Source of the DNA: Chrysomallon squamiferum
Lineage: Eukaryota > Animalia > Mollusca
NCBI GenBank assembly: GCA_012295275.1
Contig: CM022673.1
Coordinates: 20,150,001-20,214,000 of the forward strand
Direction: 5' to 3'
Length of the DNA stretch: 64,000 nt
How positions within the stretch are numbered: position 1 is the first letter of the stretch; the number at the start of each line of letters is the position of its first letter. The notes beneath the pieces are model-generated. The model did no database searches. It was not told the origin of the DNA and saw nothing but the letters and a program-made list of their open reading frames with translations. Shown piece by piece: positions 25,883 to 40,426 of this stretch. Position numbers and translations under genes: made by a program.

Positions 25883-26725
25883 GAAACACGAAATGGTTTC
25901 CATTACAGACAAAATAATATTTGAAATTTAAATCTATTAAAATCAAAATTAAAATATTCATCTAATTCTATGTATAATATGAGAAGATAAAGTAATATAC
26001 AGTATATTTAACTGTCACAGTTCAACAACCAATTTCACGTCTTGACATTGTTTGTTCCTGGAACTCATATACCACATATACATCATGTAATACGTATGCT
26101 CTTTTTCACTGCAACTAATTTCCATGCATTATGATAAAGGTACGTTTTTTTGACTTTATACATTAATATTTTCTATTAGTCTGAAAGCTGTTCATAAACT
26201 GGGATTAATGATTTATTTGATTAAGAAAGATAACTGGTATAAACTTCACATATAAAAATTATTTATAAAAGAAAAAAGATTTTATTAGCAACCATATTAA
26301 TGATACAGAAGTACATTTTTTAATGTAACATTATTATCCTAGATCTTACGTGAACGATACAATAACTGAAAAGAGTGAGTGAGTGAGTGAAAAAAAAGAT
26401 GTAAATTATACAACTAATACGTTTTACCGATAAATATTAAATAAATTCTAATATATGCAGTATGCTTTGGCAAAGTGTGCTAATTCTTTTCTTTCTTTCT
26501 TTTTTTGAATCGTTAAATTGTAGTGGTTAATATTTTCTCGTAATTTTATCTTTGGAAATTCACACTGATTCTCTCAACAGACAGAAGCAGTTAATATTGA
26601 CATCTTCATATTCATAACGCTAATATAAATAATGTAAAACAAGAACAAGTCCACAATCTGATGACCTAAATGTCATTTTCTACAAATGTTATGGTTGTCT
26701 ATGTTTGCATATGTTTATTAAATAA

Positions 26726-26761
<36 letters not shown>

Positions 26762-27220
26762 ATTTTTAAAAAACATTTTTGTTGATCTTTCAGATTTTTC
26801 AGATTTTTGTTTCTTTTACCTTTTAAATTTTTTTCTTGCTATTTTTAAAATTTTAAATGTCTTTTATTTGGAGAATTCAATATTTAGATTTTTATTTTTT
26901 TTTGTTATTATTTTCTTATATATATTATGTGATATTCATTTCGTACCAGAATCTCTTTTAACTAGATTTAGATTAGTTTTAAAAATATTTTACGTTGTCC
27001 TTTTTGTTTATTCTTTTCTCTCATAATATATATATATATATTAAAAAAAAAATTGTCTTTAAGACTTAAGACAGTTTTGAAAATGCACCGATAAAGAAAT
27101 ATACTCAAATAGCGTCTTTAAGTAAGAAGAGATAGGTTTTTATTTTAATTAATTATTTAATTTTTATTATTATTATCATAACATTTTTTTTTTTTTTTTT
27201 TTTTTTTGCTTTTTCATTTC

Positions 27221-28282
27221 TTATCTACCGGTCAGTGTAGCTCCTGAAAATGTGGTTTCACTCGTGCGGGTGTCCTCGGGGCCATTTTTGTATGGGGCCT
27301 CCACCACGAGTTTACCACCGTCCGTAAAGAAGGCTTTAATTGTCATAGGATCCACGTTGTCTGGTATAAGGAACTCTCGACTTATCTCTTTTGAAGATTT
27401 ACGTGTGCCAGTTCGTATCTCACGACGAGCAAGAATACTGAGTTTGTTGTCTTGCGTTTTCACGGTCAGCTCTTCAGGGGAGAAGTCTTCAATATCTACT
27501 TCAAGTTTAAACATTTTGTCTTTGATCACTGTAATTGGCGACATATTTCTGGGTGATGCAGACTTTGGCGAAGCAGATCTCGCAGTAGTGTTGTGTCCGC
27601 TCATGAAATGCGTGGCTGTAGAAGTATGATGTGGTGGTGGTGGCGGAGAGTGTCTGAACGGCACCGAATGGACTGGAGAAGGAGTTGCTTGAGTAAATGC
27701 CGACTGCTGTTGGAAAGGAGAAACGGAAACGTTAGTCGAATGGCCAGTACTCTTTTGCGCAAGTGGAGATGACATTCGCTTGTCATAATTCGGGACAGGA
27801 AAAGGTGCCTCAACAATAAGGACCCCGTCCGGACCAAGTTTGCACTGTAAAGCCATTGGGTCAATCTCACCCGGAATATTCATCTCTCGACAGAACTCCC
27901 TGCTAATAGATTTACCTTCACATTTTTCTTCATGTTTAGCTTGTACAGTTATCTTATTAGCATCCATTTTAACACTGATCTCTTCAGGTTTGAAATCCTT
28001 GACATTGAACGAAGCTTTAAACACTGGATTGCCGTGATCATCCTTTTCAATCATACTTTTACCATCACTGTGGACGCTAGGAATGCTAACTGTATCGGAA
28101 AGTGCCCCAAATGTTCTGTCTTTATCGGTTCTTATCTGAAAGAAATCTTTACTCATGTTGTCGATTTCGTTCTGCCACTCTCTACGTCTTCTCTCCATGT
28201 CTTGTTCCATTCGAGCCCATACATCGTCTTGCTTATCCTCGAAACCAAAGTCATCTTTGTTGATGGGTATCCTCGTTGCCAT
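27221..28282 (-). CDS. Small heat shock protein with two alpha-crystallin domains (major egg antigen p40-like), 353 aa
   Basis: Single ORF from the ATG at 28282. ACD1 FKASFNVKDFKPEEISVK...SREF...IDP...LGPDGVLIVEAP and ACD2 FKLEVDIEDFSPEELTVK...SREF.IP..VDP...DGGKLVVEAP are separated by a Ser/Pro/His-rich linker. A possible 5'UTR acceptor lies at 28322. Confidence 0.95.
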   Translation of the reverse strand: MATRIPINKDDFGFEDKQDDVWARMEQDMERRRREWQNEIDNMSKDFFQIRTDKDRTFGALSDTVSIPSVHSDGKSMIEKDDHGNPVFKASFNVKDFKPEEISVKMDANKITVQAKHEEKCEGKSISREFCREMNIPGEIDPMALQCKLGPDGVLIVEAPFPVPNYDKRMSSPLAQKSTGHSTNVSVSPFQQQSAFTQATPSPVHSVPFRHSPPPPPHHTSTATHFMSGHNTTARSASPKSASPRNMSPITVIKDKMFKLEVDIEDFSPEELTVKTQDNKLSILARREIRTGTRKSSKEISREFLIPDNVDPMTIKAFFTDGGKLVVEAPYKNGPEDTRTSETTFSGATLTGR

Positions 28283-28502
28283 TTTTGTTACAAATAACAC
28301 ACCAGCGATGTCTGTATTTATTCTGAAAATATATATAAATTATACAGTAATTAATTTAAAGGCATTGTAAAGAAATACCTCTGGAAGCATTATAAGCAGT
28401 CAGTGACAAGAATTGTATAAAAGTTTATATATTTTCAAAACATGTTCCTCTCTAATTTTTTCAAATCTCTAATGCTTTGACCAAAAACGGAAATGTACTT
28501 TG

Positions 28503-28541
<39 letters not shown>

Positions 28542-29229
28542 CCAAACCTCTTGAAAAGAGAGGTACAGTGACTGTGCTGCTTTCAAAATATAAAAATAGT
28601 TTTGCCAAGTCAGAAGAAATGTTCATTAAAAATAAATATTTAAAGTATGCGAAAGAAGTCAACAAACAAGATCCTTAACAAATATGAATTCAAATATCCC
28701 GTTCTATTTTTAACTTGATTATTATTAGTATTAGTATTAGTATCATTATCATCATAATCATTATTTCAAATATATAAATGCTCATCTGTATAAATGAGGG
28801 GGAAGAGAACTACGAAATGTAACTAAAACACACAATCGAACTTTTAGCAATGAACTGTCATGTATCACTTTCTGACAAACGCACTTACTGCATCTCTTTG
28901 TTATTTTCATAACATAATTCAGGTAATGAGCACTGTTTAAAAATGTTTTAATTTTTATTTATTTACAATATTTTTAACGTATGTATTGTTTCCCAACAAA
29001 TATATTTTGTATTAATTCCCTGATTAGATGTAGATAGCACGTAATACACTTACATCAGATCTAATGATTCGTTTTTAAAAACACATTCCTATAATACACC
29101 TGGTGTGTGAAGTTTAACATAATATCTTCATTTCTTTTTAATCTTTTACTTTAAAATAGTAAAAAAAAAAAAAAAAAAATTGAAACAGAAACAACAACAA
29201 GAGCAATAATAATAATAATAATAATAATG

Positions 29230-29288
<59 letters not shown>

Positions 29289-29505
29289 CTCGTTTTTCTG
29301 TTGTGAATCAGTTATTTTATATTTTGGTTATTATTCCCGGGAGGTTAGCGTTAATTTGATTTGTGAACGGATTTGGTATTCTGCCTGTCAGATTTGAGTA
29401 TAATCGGTTTATTTTAAGAATCCGGCTAAATGTTCACTTCCTTGAAACAAAGCCAGCCTTTTGCTACTTCGTTCCCTATCTTAGTGATAGGATTTTATTA
29501 TGTTC

Positions 29506-29527
29506 ACACACACACACACACACACAT

Positions 29528-29600
<73 letters not shown>
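29506..29600. repeat. (CA)n(GA)n compound microsatellite
   Basis: Seen directly. Confidence 0.9.
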
Positions 29601-29604
<4 letters not shown>

Positions 29605-32600
29605 GATAAAAACTTAAGTAACACGCACTGGACTAATAGTAATTAGAGCTGCTATAGTAGTGGTAAAAGTAGTAGCAGTAGTATTAGTAATGATAGTAAT
29701 ACTGATAGTATTACAAGTAGTAGTAACAATAATAAAGGAAGCTGTGGTAATAGTAGCAATACCAGTAATAGCAAAATAAAAAGTTTGTCTGAATCTCATC
29801 TTAAAAATAATTCATTTTGAAATCTAATCGAAATTTAAACATACACACGTGATAGGGCAGAAAGGAATTATAACTTCACTCCTTTATGTTATATCAAAGT
29901 TTCTATAGAATTATTTTCTGCTCGAAAGAGCTGTAGGGTTACATGTATGTGAATTTCAGGCGTACTATAATAACTTGCTAATTCCTTTCCAGTTCTGCCT
30001 GTTAAACAGGTATTTGTAGTCGCTCATAGCTGAACGCAGTACACGAACTGACCTTTAACCTAGGCAAACATAATACATATCAGTTATATCTTTTCGAAGT
30101 CAGTTAAAAATGGCTCTGTTAAATTTTAAAGATTAATAATATCAGTGAAAATAATTTAGTCATTCAGTCTCATATCTGCCATATTATTTACGTTTATCTT
30201 ACAAGTTCTGAACTGATAAATCATTTTAGCAAAATCAAAATAAATTTGATCGATAATCTCCACATTTGACAAAATATTATTTTGAAAAGTCATTTTTTAG
30301 CATGTTTTTATTACATATTTTTCCCTTTATATATTAAAAACATTAGTTTTATTATATAACAATCATTAAAATTATACCAGTATTTAAAAAAATTCACTAA
30401 CCTTTCTCTAATATTTTAAGCTATTCTTTTTCTTTTGTGTTCTTGTTATCAAATACACAAATCACACCGACACTTACAGTTTGTCGATTATTAAGGCTAG
30501 CTGTATTAAACCTGTCAAAAGTTTCTCATGTGTGACAAAGCACGCGATTCTGTTGACGACACAGAATAAATAATTATAATAGTCATTGACGAGCAAATTT
30601 CACATAAAATATCCTCAGCTGAATAAACTGCTTGTCGACACTATACATTTGAACATGAATTAGCCGTATTAACGATCAGATCCAATACCGGCTTCTACCT
30701 ATAACTATTTGGGAAGTCTGGTCGCCATACTAATTCCTTTGACTAGTTCTTAATTTTCAAACTTGAAGACGTGCTTTCAGCAGTTTTCTCTTAACTGATT
30801 ACAATTTTTACATGTCTGTTTAATGTACAATAACTTCAACCTCCATAATAATGCAGCATTAGCATAGTATGAAGACCTCTTTAGAAATTCACACATCTGT
30901 ATCTGGCAGTTTAATAATTTATTATAATAGTACCATACAAGGTTGAAAAGCTGATAAAATAATATAAATAGTATTAAAAAAAAATAATAATAAATAAATA
31001 TAATAAAAAAAAAAAAAAAAAAAAATAAATAAATAAATACGAAAAATAAATTAATATAAAAGAAAATAAAAAAGAAGAGAAAATTTTTAGTGTCCATATT
31101 AAAAAGAAAACACTTCCATACTTTTTTCCTGAAAACTGATTAAAATCAAACAATTTAATAAAGCTTAATTTTTTTTTCATACAGAGATAAAAATTAACTC
31201 GGAACTGAAGGTTTTTCAGCTTATTAGTAACAGCTGCTTTGTGGCTTTTCACCGCTCCTCGAGAGCTTCAGTTTACCTATTATGTTTTCTAACAGAAGAG
31301 TTTCAGAAAAAAACACAAAAAAACAGAAGAGTATGAAATACGATTATAGTCAAAATATCATTCATAATTCCGGACAACCGCTTATTGTACAATACTTTGT
31401 TGAAATTAAATTATAATGTATTAATTCATTTTATTCTTAATCTTCCTCAGTCTTAGATTTTGATTTTTTTTTACTAACCTTATTGTTTTTACACTGAATT
31501 CTAAAACGTGGTTTTAACGCTTGATTTGATTAAGAATGTTTATTATTCTCTACAAACGTGAAGACCTGCTTTCAGCAATTTTCTCTTCAATAAAACTTAT
31601 CTAATGTTTAATACAAACATATCTACTATATACAGGCTATATGAAAGTTTACAATGTACAAGTAATGTACCTGGAAAATTAACGTATGCGTATCAACCCA
31701 AGATGTCCTTTAATTTCACAAAACAGTCAATTGCAGTGTTATAGTTATATATTAGAAAAATGTTCAAAGATTAAAAATATGACACAACCACTGAAAGGCG
31801 ACAGATGCTCGGCATCCATTGGCCTAATGACTCCAGCACTTAATTTATGGACAAAAAAATAATAATAAAGTGCAGCGGTTCAGATTCTCATATAAATCAA
31901 TAAACAGACCTTTTCCTCATTCTTCATTTACATATTTCGAGGACTAAGAAAACCAAACATATACACACGTAGAGATTTATATGACAGATAAATTTCTTTT
32001 AGAAGTAAATATAAATTTACTTTTGTTTTTGTCTTCTTATATATTTAGATATGTAGTAAGAGAGAATGAATGTTACTCTTGTTTGTGCTCGCCAACAGTA
32101 TTATAAACAATGCAGACATCAAAGCTCATGTGTTTCTATTCCCGATTTGTCGTGTGGTACAGCGCATGATCTTAAAAGATTTAAAACGTAAAGGTCTTCA
32201 TGTAAGACTTAAAACTATCTTCACAAAATTAGAATGACTATTTCTAAAGAACATGCTAATGTTCTACATAAGAACTCTGAAAATTCCATCAAAAGTAAAC
32301 TAAAATAACATCTAAAAAAGTAGAGCGGGTGTTTATATTATTTTAGAGTATCTGGTTGTTGATTTCTAAATAAATAATTATTTATGTCTGAAGTAAATTA
32401 TTTCATACAACAATAGAATTAAAATATTAGTGTGAGAGTCTTCATTTACAAGTAGGTCCCTGTTTCAGGCAGCAGCAGCCTATGGATACAGACCAAGAGC
32501 TTCATAAATATATTAAATGCATCTGGCAAGCAAGTGTCATATTTAGACTGATAAGACAAAAATGTGCCCAGCATATCTTCATCATGCAGCACTCCTTAAT

Positions 32601-33743
32601 AACCTTAGTGCACAGGTTAATCATGTTGTTTATTTCTGATATTCATGCCTTCTCGCGAGATGACATCCAGTAATAATATTAACGATACAGTTATTTACTA
32701 ATATAATGTTTGAAAATTATTAAAACGCATTTCTTAATGTAAATAAATATATAAAAACGATAAATAAAATAAAATAAAATGAAATAAAAAGCCACTTGAA
32801 ACAGAAAATAAAAATAAAACATATTCAAATACAAGATCTATTTTCGAACATGAAAATTATCAGTTTAATACTCAACGGATTCATTGGCAATGAGAATTTA
32901 CGCTATGCAAACAATGTAACATATCATACACTTGGTTACCTTACCATATAATATTACGAGTTAATCTTACTAACCGGACTCTAATTCAATTTCAGACTAG
33001 CAAACCCGTGTCATCTCAGTTTATTCTTTGAAACATTTATACCTTAACAAAAAGATGATATCATAAATGATCCAGAACAAAGTTAATCGAAGCGAAATCA
33101 CTAACAGAAAGAAATCAGTTTAAAAAGATTCCATCCAGTTCCTAAAATCAGTAATTCCGGAAATAGGCATATCCTTTGGTAAATGACAGCTGTTTCCTTT
33201 CACTTTTATCGGTACAAGAAATATGATTCTACTTAGCAATCTGAAACGTGTCCTGTTACCTTAGCTTCAGTATTCCTTTTCAAAAACCTTTTTATTATTA
33301 TTTTTTTTGTTCTGGGTATTTTATTAAATTTAGAAATAGATGGATCTCTATTACCTTTATAATATTTCTAAGCCTATGGAAAAATATGTAAACCAGATAT
33401 CTGTTTCCGACGTTAAAATTATTATTATTTTCATAGTATGTGGCTGCTGGTAGGATATTAATTTCTAAAGCACAGCAAATGCTATGAAATTGTTTCTTGT
33501 TATGATTCAACACGCATTCATAGCCTATTTTACACCACATGATTTAATTTTAGATTGTACAAGGAAAGTAAATTTATCCATACAAATATAAACAAAGATT
33601 ATAAATACAGACTTCTGTCTAAAGTGTAAAACGACGACATGTATACATACATATACACACATGCATGAATACAAACATAAATATACATACATATACATGC
33701 ATACACATATACATACTTAGATAAATAGGCCGACCGTCCATCT

Positions 33744-33748
<5 letters not shown>

Positions 33749-33823
<75 letters not shown>
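33749..33823. repeat. (AG)n microsatellite
   Basis: Seen directly. Confidence 0.95.
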
Positions 33824-33829
<6 letters not shown>

Positions 33830-36177
33830 GAAACGTTCATACGTCACAAAATTATTACATGAATAAATTGTTATAAATAAGAAATGAAATAAATAATGAA
33901 TTCGTAACTCTAACAGAATGATAGACAGAATAGATAATCAAAGGTAGATACAGTACAGTATGTAAAGTGTGATTTCGATTTTGAAACAAAATATGAATTA
34001 CACGGTACGCTATTCTAAACACAAATTAAATACAGCAACGGATTATCTTTGCTGATCTAGTTCACCATTGCTTGTCGATTAAAGAACAAGTATAAACTAC
34101 ATTTTAAAGTTGTACAAATATATATATATTTATATAATGCTGTTGTGTTGTACGTACGGTGCTTGAAGATGACTGATTCCAGCTGCATTAGAATTAATGA
34201 TCCATTTTTGTTACCAGTTATTCAACATTAATATGAAAATTAAAACAAAAAGAAATCTACCTTTCGACTGACAGTAAGGTCTATATATAGGCAGCGGCGA
34301 GCTATATGTTTGTGTCTGAAATAGAGTCGAGATCGATAAAATGCTTTGTTTGGGTTACCTGTGTTGTTAAAGGCGTTGATAATAATATATATGGAATAGA
34401 CAAATCCGGCGTACAAAATGTCAGTTTGCCATTCAAAATTCGCTTTAGTACTTTGAATCAGTATTCTGTGCTGTATGTGCGATTTCACGTGAACAAAAAC
34501 GTGTCTTCTAACTCAGATTATTGTACACTATGTGTGTTTATTTTAACTTACTGCACTGTAAAGCATATACAGTAGTTAAAGTCATATATTTTTACAGTAT
34601 TATAGTAACATATGTTAGAAAGTATAATTAAAAAATATATATATATATATATTTTAATTTTATTTTGTAGTGTTAAACAGCTTATATTTATAAATGTAAG
34701 CTTTATTATTATTACTATTATTATTATCTTGCCTCTCATGCTTTCTAGAATTCAAGAGAAACTAAATTCACGAGAACAGGTCATTATCGAGCAACATTAT
34801 TATTTTTTTTCACTTCATCTGGATTCTTTAAATAGTAATTAAAATAAGAGTCAAAATCAGCTTTTTACTAATCTATATATATAATATGTTTTGTCGTCTG
34901 TGGAGGACCAATATATGTTGTGTGTGTGTGACAGTGTGCGTGTGTATGTGTGTGACAGCGTGTGTGTGTGTGTGTGTGTGTGTGTTGATGACAGATAGAT
35001 AAACAGACAACCAGAAATATATCCTGATTTTGGAATATAAGGAGAAAAGCCTGAGAATAGAATCTGCGTCTAAATATGAACTTCCTTTATTTTTCAAATA
35101 CAGCTTATGCAGATAGTTTTGAGAATTTTTAATAAAATATTATTAATTACTTTATGCATAAAATACGGTTTGTATAAGCAAAAAAGTCCGAAAACTGTTA
35201 GATATTATTATTTCTGCTGCTTGGAAAACATTTCGGATTTGTGTTCAGTAATTAAATCGTATTTTCCTTTCACTTAAAAAGAAATAACCAACAACCTACA
35301 TTTTTATCAAATAATGCATTTTAATATTATAGCAATAATTTTAGTATAGGATTTTTATTTTTTATTTATTATTTTCTTCCTTCTATTTTTCTCAAACACA
35401 CGCATGCACGCACGTACATATCAGTCGTAGTAAATTTAATGATAGTGGTGGCGACTTTAAAGGTTGTTATAATTATTAGTCATAATAGTTATCGTAGTTG
35501 TAGAAATGATAGTCATAAAAATGGTAAACAGTAGTTGTAATTTTTTACTATTTTTGTCTGCCTGACAATAAATATTCATGTTTTTTTCCATAAAATTACA
35601 TAATAACTGACTAATATTGCATCATACATTTGAAGTCGTAGAGCACAATAGAAATGTTATGTCATATGTCTGTATCATATTCTTTAAATGAACAGTAATT
35701 CCTAGAAACATAATTAATACACTGATTGCAATTTTTACTTAAATACAGTCAAACACAGATAAAATAACTGACTTTATTAACAAATATACGAAGCAATTTT
35801 TGTGCTGGCATTTTTTAAAGTTATTTTTTTAGTTATTTTTCATTGTCCATTCGGCATTTTGTTTCACTACTGGACAGCTTTTGAATTGTATGTGAAGGTG
35901 AAAAAGTCACAGGAATAAGAGGATGTTTTTATTAAATCAGAAAACGTTAACCTTTAGTTGATCAGATATATGTCTCGAGTTATCACGTTTAGCAGATGCA
36001 CCTCTCAGCTGAGAACACATCAAAACGTAAGTGAAACAGGCTTAGTGTGAAATTCAGATGATTGCTGCTTACAGTATTTCTGCGCATTTTCCTTGGAAAG
36101 AGAGTGAAAGAGCAATTGAGGGATTCAGAGAAATGCTAAATTTATAGAGTGAAAAAGAGACGGAGAAGACAATTTTA

Positions 36178-36222
<45 letters not shown>

Positions 36223-38783
36223 CCCTGAATACAACAAACATGAATGATGTCTCACTGCACCTCAAATTAGAAGAAAAAACAAAAATCAAATAAAAAGCAG
36301 AAAAAAATAATTAGCGGATACATAATGTTTCAGGGAAAACAAACAAATAAAGAAAAACAAAAGAAAAATCAACCTACCCCAAGAAATGACTTTTATACAA
36401 AAGTAACATGAAGAAGTAAAGGAATACATTTGGCAAATGTGAAAAGATGGGACTGATAGTCTGACCGACAGAGATTCTTAAATTTTTAAATTAGACAAAG
36501 AAAATAGGTTTTTATTAATATTATTTTTTTGTTGTGGTTGTTGGTGTTGTTTATTTTTCCAAGTACACCTACCAGTAAGAATCCAAACGACTTTCTCATT
36601 GAAATCTAGCTTATAATATGTTCATTAGTATGTTGGTTAGTGAAATAGATCTGAACTAGAGAGCATTCAGATAACATTATCATATTCAATTAATTCTTTT
36701 TTAAAATTATTTAATATTTGTTGTTATTATTTTGATTTGAGATGAATGGGATAGAAATTAAGAAAGAAGTTCATGTGTATTTAATTTATTTGTACTATTC
36801 AAATTAATATGATAATTACGGTGTTACCAACAGAAGAATGAATACAAGCTGGTAGGGCAGAGCGCAGTTACATGTAACAGTCCCATATATTGATAATATT
36901 TTACGGTCTGAAAGCCTGGAGTTACCAAAAGCTTTAATGACTTCAGAAAAAAGTATTCATTTATTTAGTTATTCTCATTACTGTTATCATCATTTGATCA
37001 TATGATTAAAGAACAACGAATTTTTAGTCTACATTTAAAATGAATTAAAAGGTAATAAAATATTATGAATATAACTATTTTAAGATTCTAAACTAAATAT
37101 AAGATTAGCTTATATTAACAAAGATTTTGCATGAAGAAATGGGATATAAAAGGAGGATAAAACTGCTTCACTGATTAAGCTAAGATAACGAAACAACTGA
37201 GAATGTTTTTGAAGAGCCGAATATATTTAGAACGATGCTTCCTTGTTAAATCAATCTAAAATTCAAAAATCGAGAAGTACTTACCTGATTATTAATAAAC
37301 AGAATTTTATATCCAACGTTAAAGTTATTAGTAACTCAGTGTGGTTTGTCACTTATATTTTAGGAAGGTATTTCCGTCACAGAATGTTCTGGTAAATATG
37401 TCAGAAAGTAATAGAAGGTCAGAGTAAATTGTGAGCGAAGGAAAACTGGTTTTGGATGAGTAACAGAGATAAAATTACTGATAGCTCACGTCTGCCTGAG
37501 CTAGCGCAGACAAGTCATAGATAACTGGAAGAACCAGAAAACCAAATTCCAGAATCATAACAGAGCTAGCCTGAGTTTTCCATGGTGAGACCCAGTTTTT
37601 AATAAAATCGATGTCAGCTTTGCAAGGAGACTCTATAGAGAAACAAATCTAAATAAGACAAAGAAATGAGTCACTAAATATCGACTGCATAAACAGTTGT
37701 TTTCCATGTTTTAAATTTTCTAACACATTTGTTGTAAAAAAAAAAAAAAAAAAGAGAGAAAAAAAGATAATAAAAAAAGAAAAATAAAAGTCGGGCGATT
37801 TGGTTCCTTTGTGTATTTGGCTGTTTTTGGATTGAATATATATTGATTAGATGGGGAAAGCCGCAACAGTTGTGCCATGACGCCTATGAGCTGGTAGGTG
37901 GGTTGGTATGAATCATCGTATTGATCAACAGTATTAGAATGGAATGGAATCTCCCTCACCCAGCACTGACTGCTATGCTTAGAATGCCGTATAACGACTG
38001 TAAACAAACCAAGATATGAAATAAAACTACAGCATAGTCTTTGTGTAATTATTATAAATTAAAATACACCCAAATAAGCAGTTTTGTTGTTGAGTGTAAC
38101 AGGTCGTCATGAAAATGTTAATAATATAATTAAAATTTATCTTACAGGAATCGGCATACGATAAAGGAAATTATACATTCCTACACAAATTTTTCTACCT
38201 TTAAAATGTTTTAAATATATAATATATAGAAAACTGAGTTTCAGTACTATAAAAAGATCAAGAAGTATAAAGGAATAGAAAATTCAGATAAACTTTTTAG
38301 TGTATATATATTATATATCTAGATTTTAAAATGCTAGCTTTATTTATCTTTTATATAAAATATACATCCATAAAATTATATTAAATAAATAAATAAATTT
38401 ATACTTTCAAATAATTATCAATTAACTATGAAATAAATGTTTAAGAAAGAATATAAATATTGTAACTTAGACAATGAGCCGGTCGCTGAATTTCACTAGA
38501 TTCTGGTCTACTGTGTGTTCTGGCTTCGCATATAATCGCGGACGGAACGCAGTTTGTACAGTTTCATCCTTCTCTATGATCTATCTTTTCTATGTCCCGA
38601 AATATGTAGGAAATAATGTCCTAGAATCGGTGTCACGGGACCCAGCGCAAAAGAGGCGTTAGCTTTCAAGTGCTAACGACCCTACCAAAATACGGCTGGA
38701 TTCCTATCTAGGGACTGCGTCTTTAGTGGACCCGCCGATCGTGCAGTTAAGAAACTTTGGCGGTTGATTATTAGTAATATTAC

Positions 38784-38820
<37 letters not shown>

Positions 38821-39240
38821 CATATAGTTATATATATAGTATCAAGTATCACTAGGAACACAAAACAAAACACAATATTTCTATTTTACGGATAATTATT
38901 TATTTTACACATATATATTTATTCAGTGGTTGAGGACTTGGGAATTGGCGTTAAATGAAATACTATAATTCCTATTTCTTTATATTTCCCTGACGGCTTA
39001 GATTAGAAATATGTATAAATCAAACTCTCTATACTATAGTCTATGGAGCATATACAGGTTACATCAACTTGATCAAAATGTAAACCAGAGTATATAGAAA
39101 CAGGAACACTATCTTTCCCTGCTTAAATAAAGTTAACGAAAAATATAGTTACCAACATGTTCTATCCTAATAATGGCCGCCAACTCCTTTACAGTCCCAC
39201 ATGTTCCCCCAGCCTTTTTTTCCAAAACCAACAGGTCTCA

Positions 39241-39708
39241 ACTTAACCATTACACGGTCTTCTATGACGGCAGCGGAGCGTAGCTGATAAAAAATCCCTT
39301 TGTCTCTCGCTAATGACCGTTAACTGCTATGTGATTTCAGTAATAGGATTACTTCTAATTAACGGCACATGTATTAGATGACACATACTCTTAGAAGGGT
39401 TTACAGAAATGGATAGGTAACATATTTACTTACTTTAATGATACATACCGGTTAATTCCGAGCCGTTAGATGGTATAAAATAAGCTGCACAGGTAAATAG
39501 TCATTAATTTACCTCAATAAAACAACAATATAATTTATTATATTAAGTAAAAAAATAGCTACCAGGGAATTCTACAAGTATGTATAACCTAAATTGGCAT
39601 CCGTGGTTTAATAAGTAGGTTAGGACCAATTTTCTAAGTTAAATAAACACAGCAAACAGTACAACTGACTATCACTGTGAAAATTTTCCATAGCTTGATC
39701 GAGGCCTT
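39241..39708 (+). repeat. Dispersed ~450-bp interspersed repeat, copy 1
   Basis: Colinear with 63174-63659, e.g. CAGCGGAGCGTAGCTGATAAAAAATCCCTTTGTCTCTCGCTAAT at the start and CATAGCTTGATCGAGGCC at the end. Confidence 0.85.
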
Positions 39709-40335
39709 AGAGTATGGTTAAGGGCCTACTGCGTGAGATAAAAACGGTTTACCGTCATAATCGGTCCCTTTCGTAAATTATGTGATTCGTGTACAACTAA
39801 TTTGATTCATACACCATGAAAAATGTCCTTATGAATGATCTTTATTTATTAGCTCGCATTCAAAAAGATATTCAGTACGCAGAGCATACTTTCACATTCC
39901 TATTGTAGATGAGTGAATACCCGGCGCAGTGACTCTTAGCTAACTGACAGAGCCGGAAACAAGGCTTAAGTGAGCAAGGCCACTTTTCCCAATGGGCTAC
40001 AAAGGCTGCACAGTTCAGGGGCCCAACATCTAGTGGTTACAGATAGTCAGGACCACAAATGAAAATGAAATTATAATTAATTAAATAAATATCTGTTTTG
40101 TATGTCTGTGTACACAGATAATGTAGTCTACTTCAAATTCGTAAAGAAAAAGAAAGAAAAAGGGCCAAATATTAATTTTGTTTCCTTTCCTGAAACCGGT
40201 AACTTGATTCACTTATCCTTTTATAAAAGATCTGCACTTGAACGATTAATAGCTGTTGTTGGGAAAACAATCCTCTTGTAAAATCTCAACTTAATGAATC
40301 GTGAACAGCAAAAATTGTTCTCTTCTGGTACACCG

Positions 40336-40337
<2 letters not shown>

Positions 40338-40426
<89 letters not shown>

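Noticed and set aside
28283-28300. GTG/TTG starts given by the ORF track for the sHSPs (28300 and 42899)
   Set aside because: Eukaryotic locus; the first in-frame ATGs at 28282 and 42875 have A at -3 and are preferred.
27252-28370. Plus-strand ORFs overlapping the double-ACD sHSP (also 42286..42516)
   Set aside because: Antisense shadows of real coding sequence.
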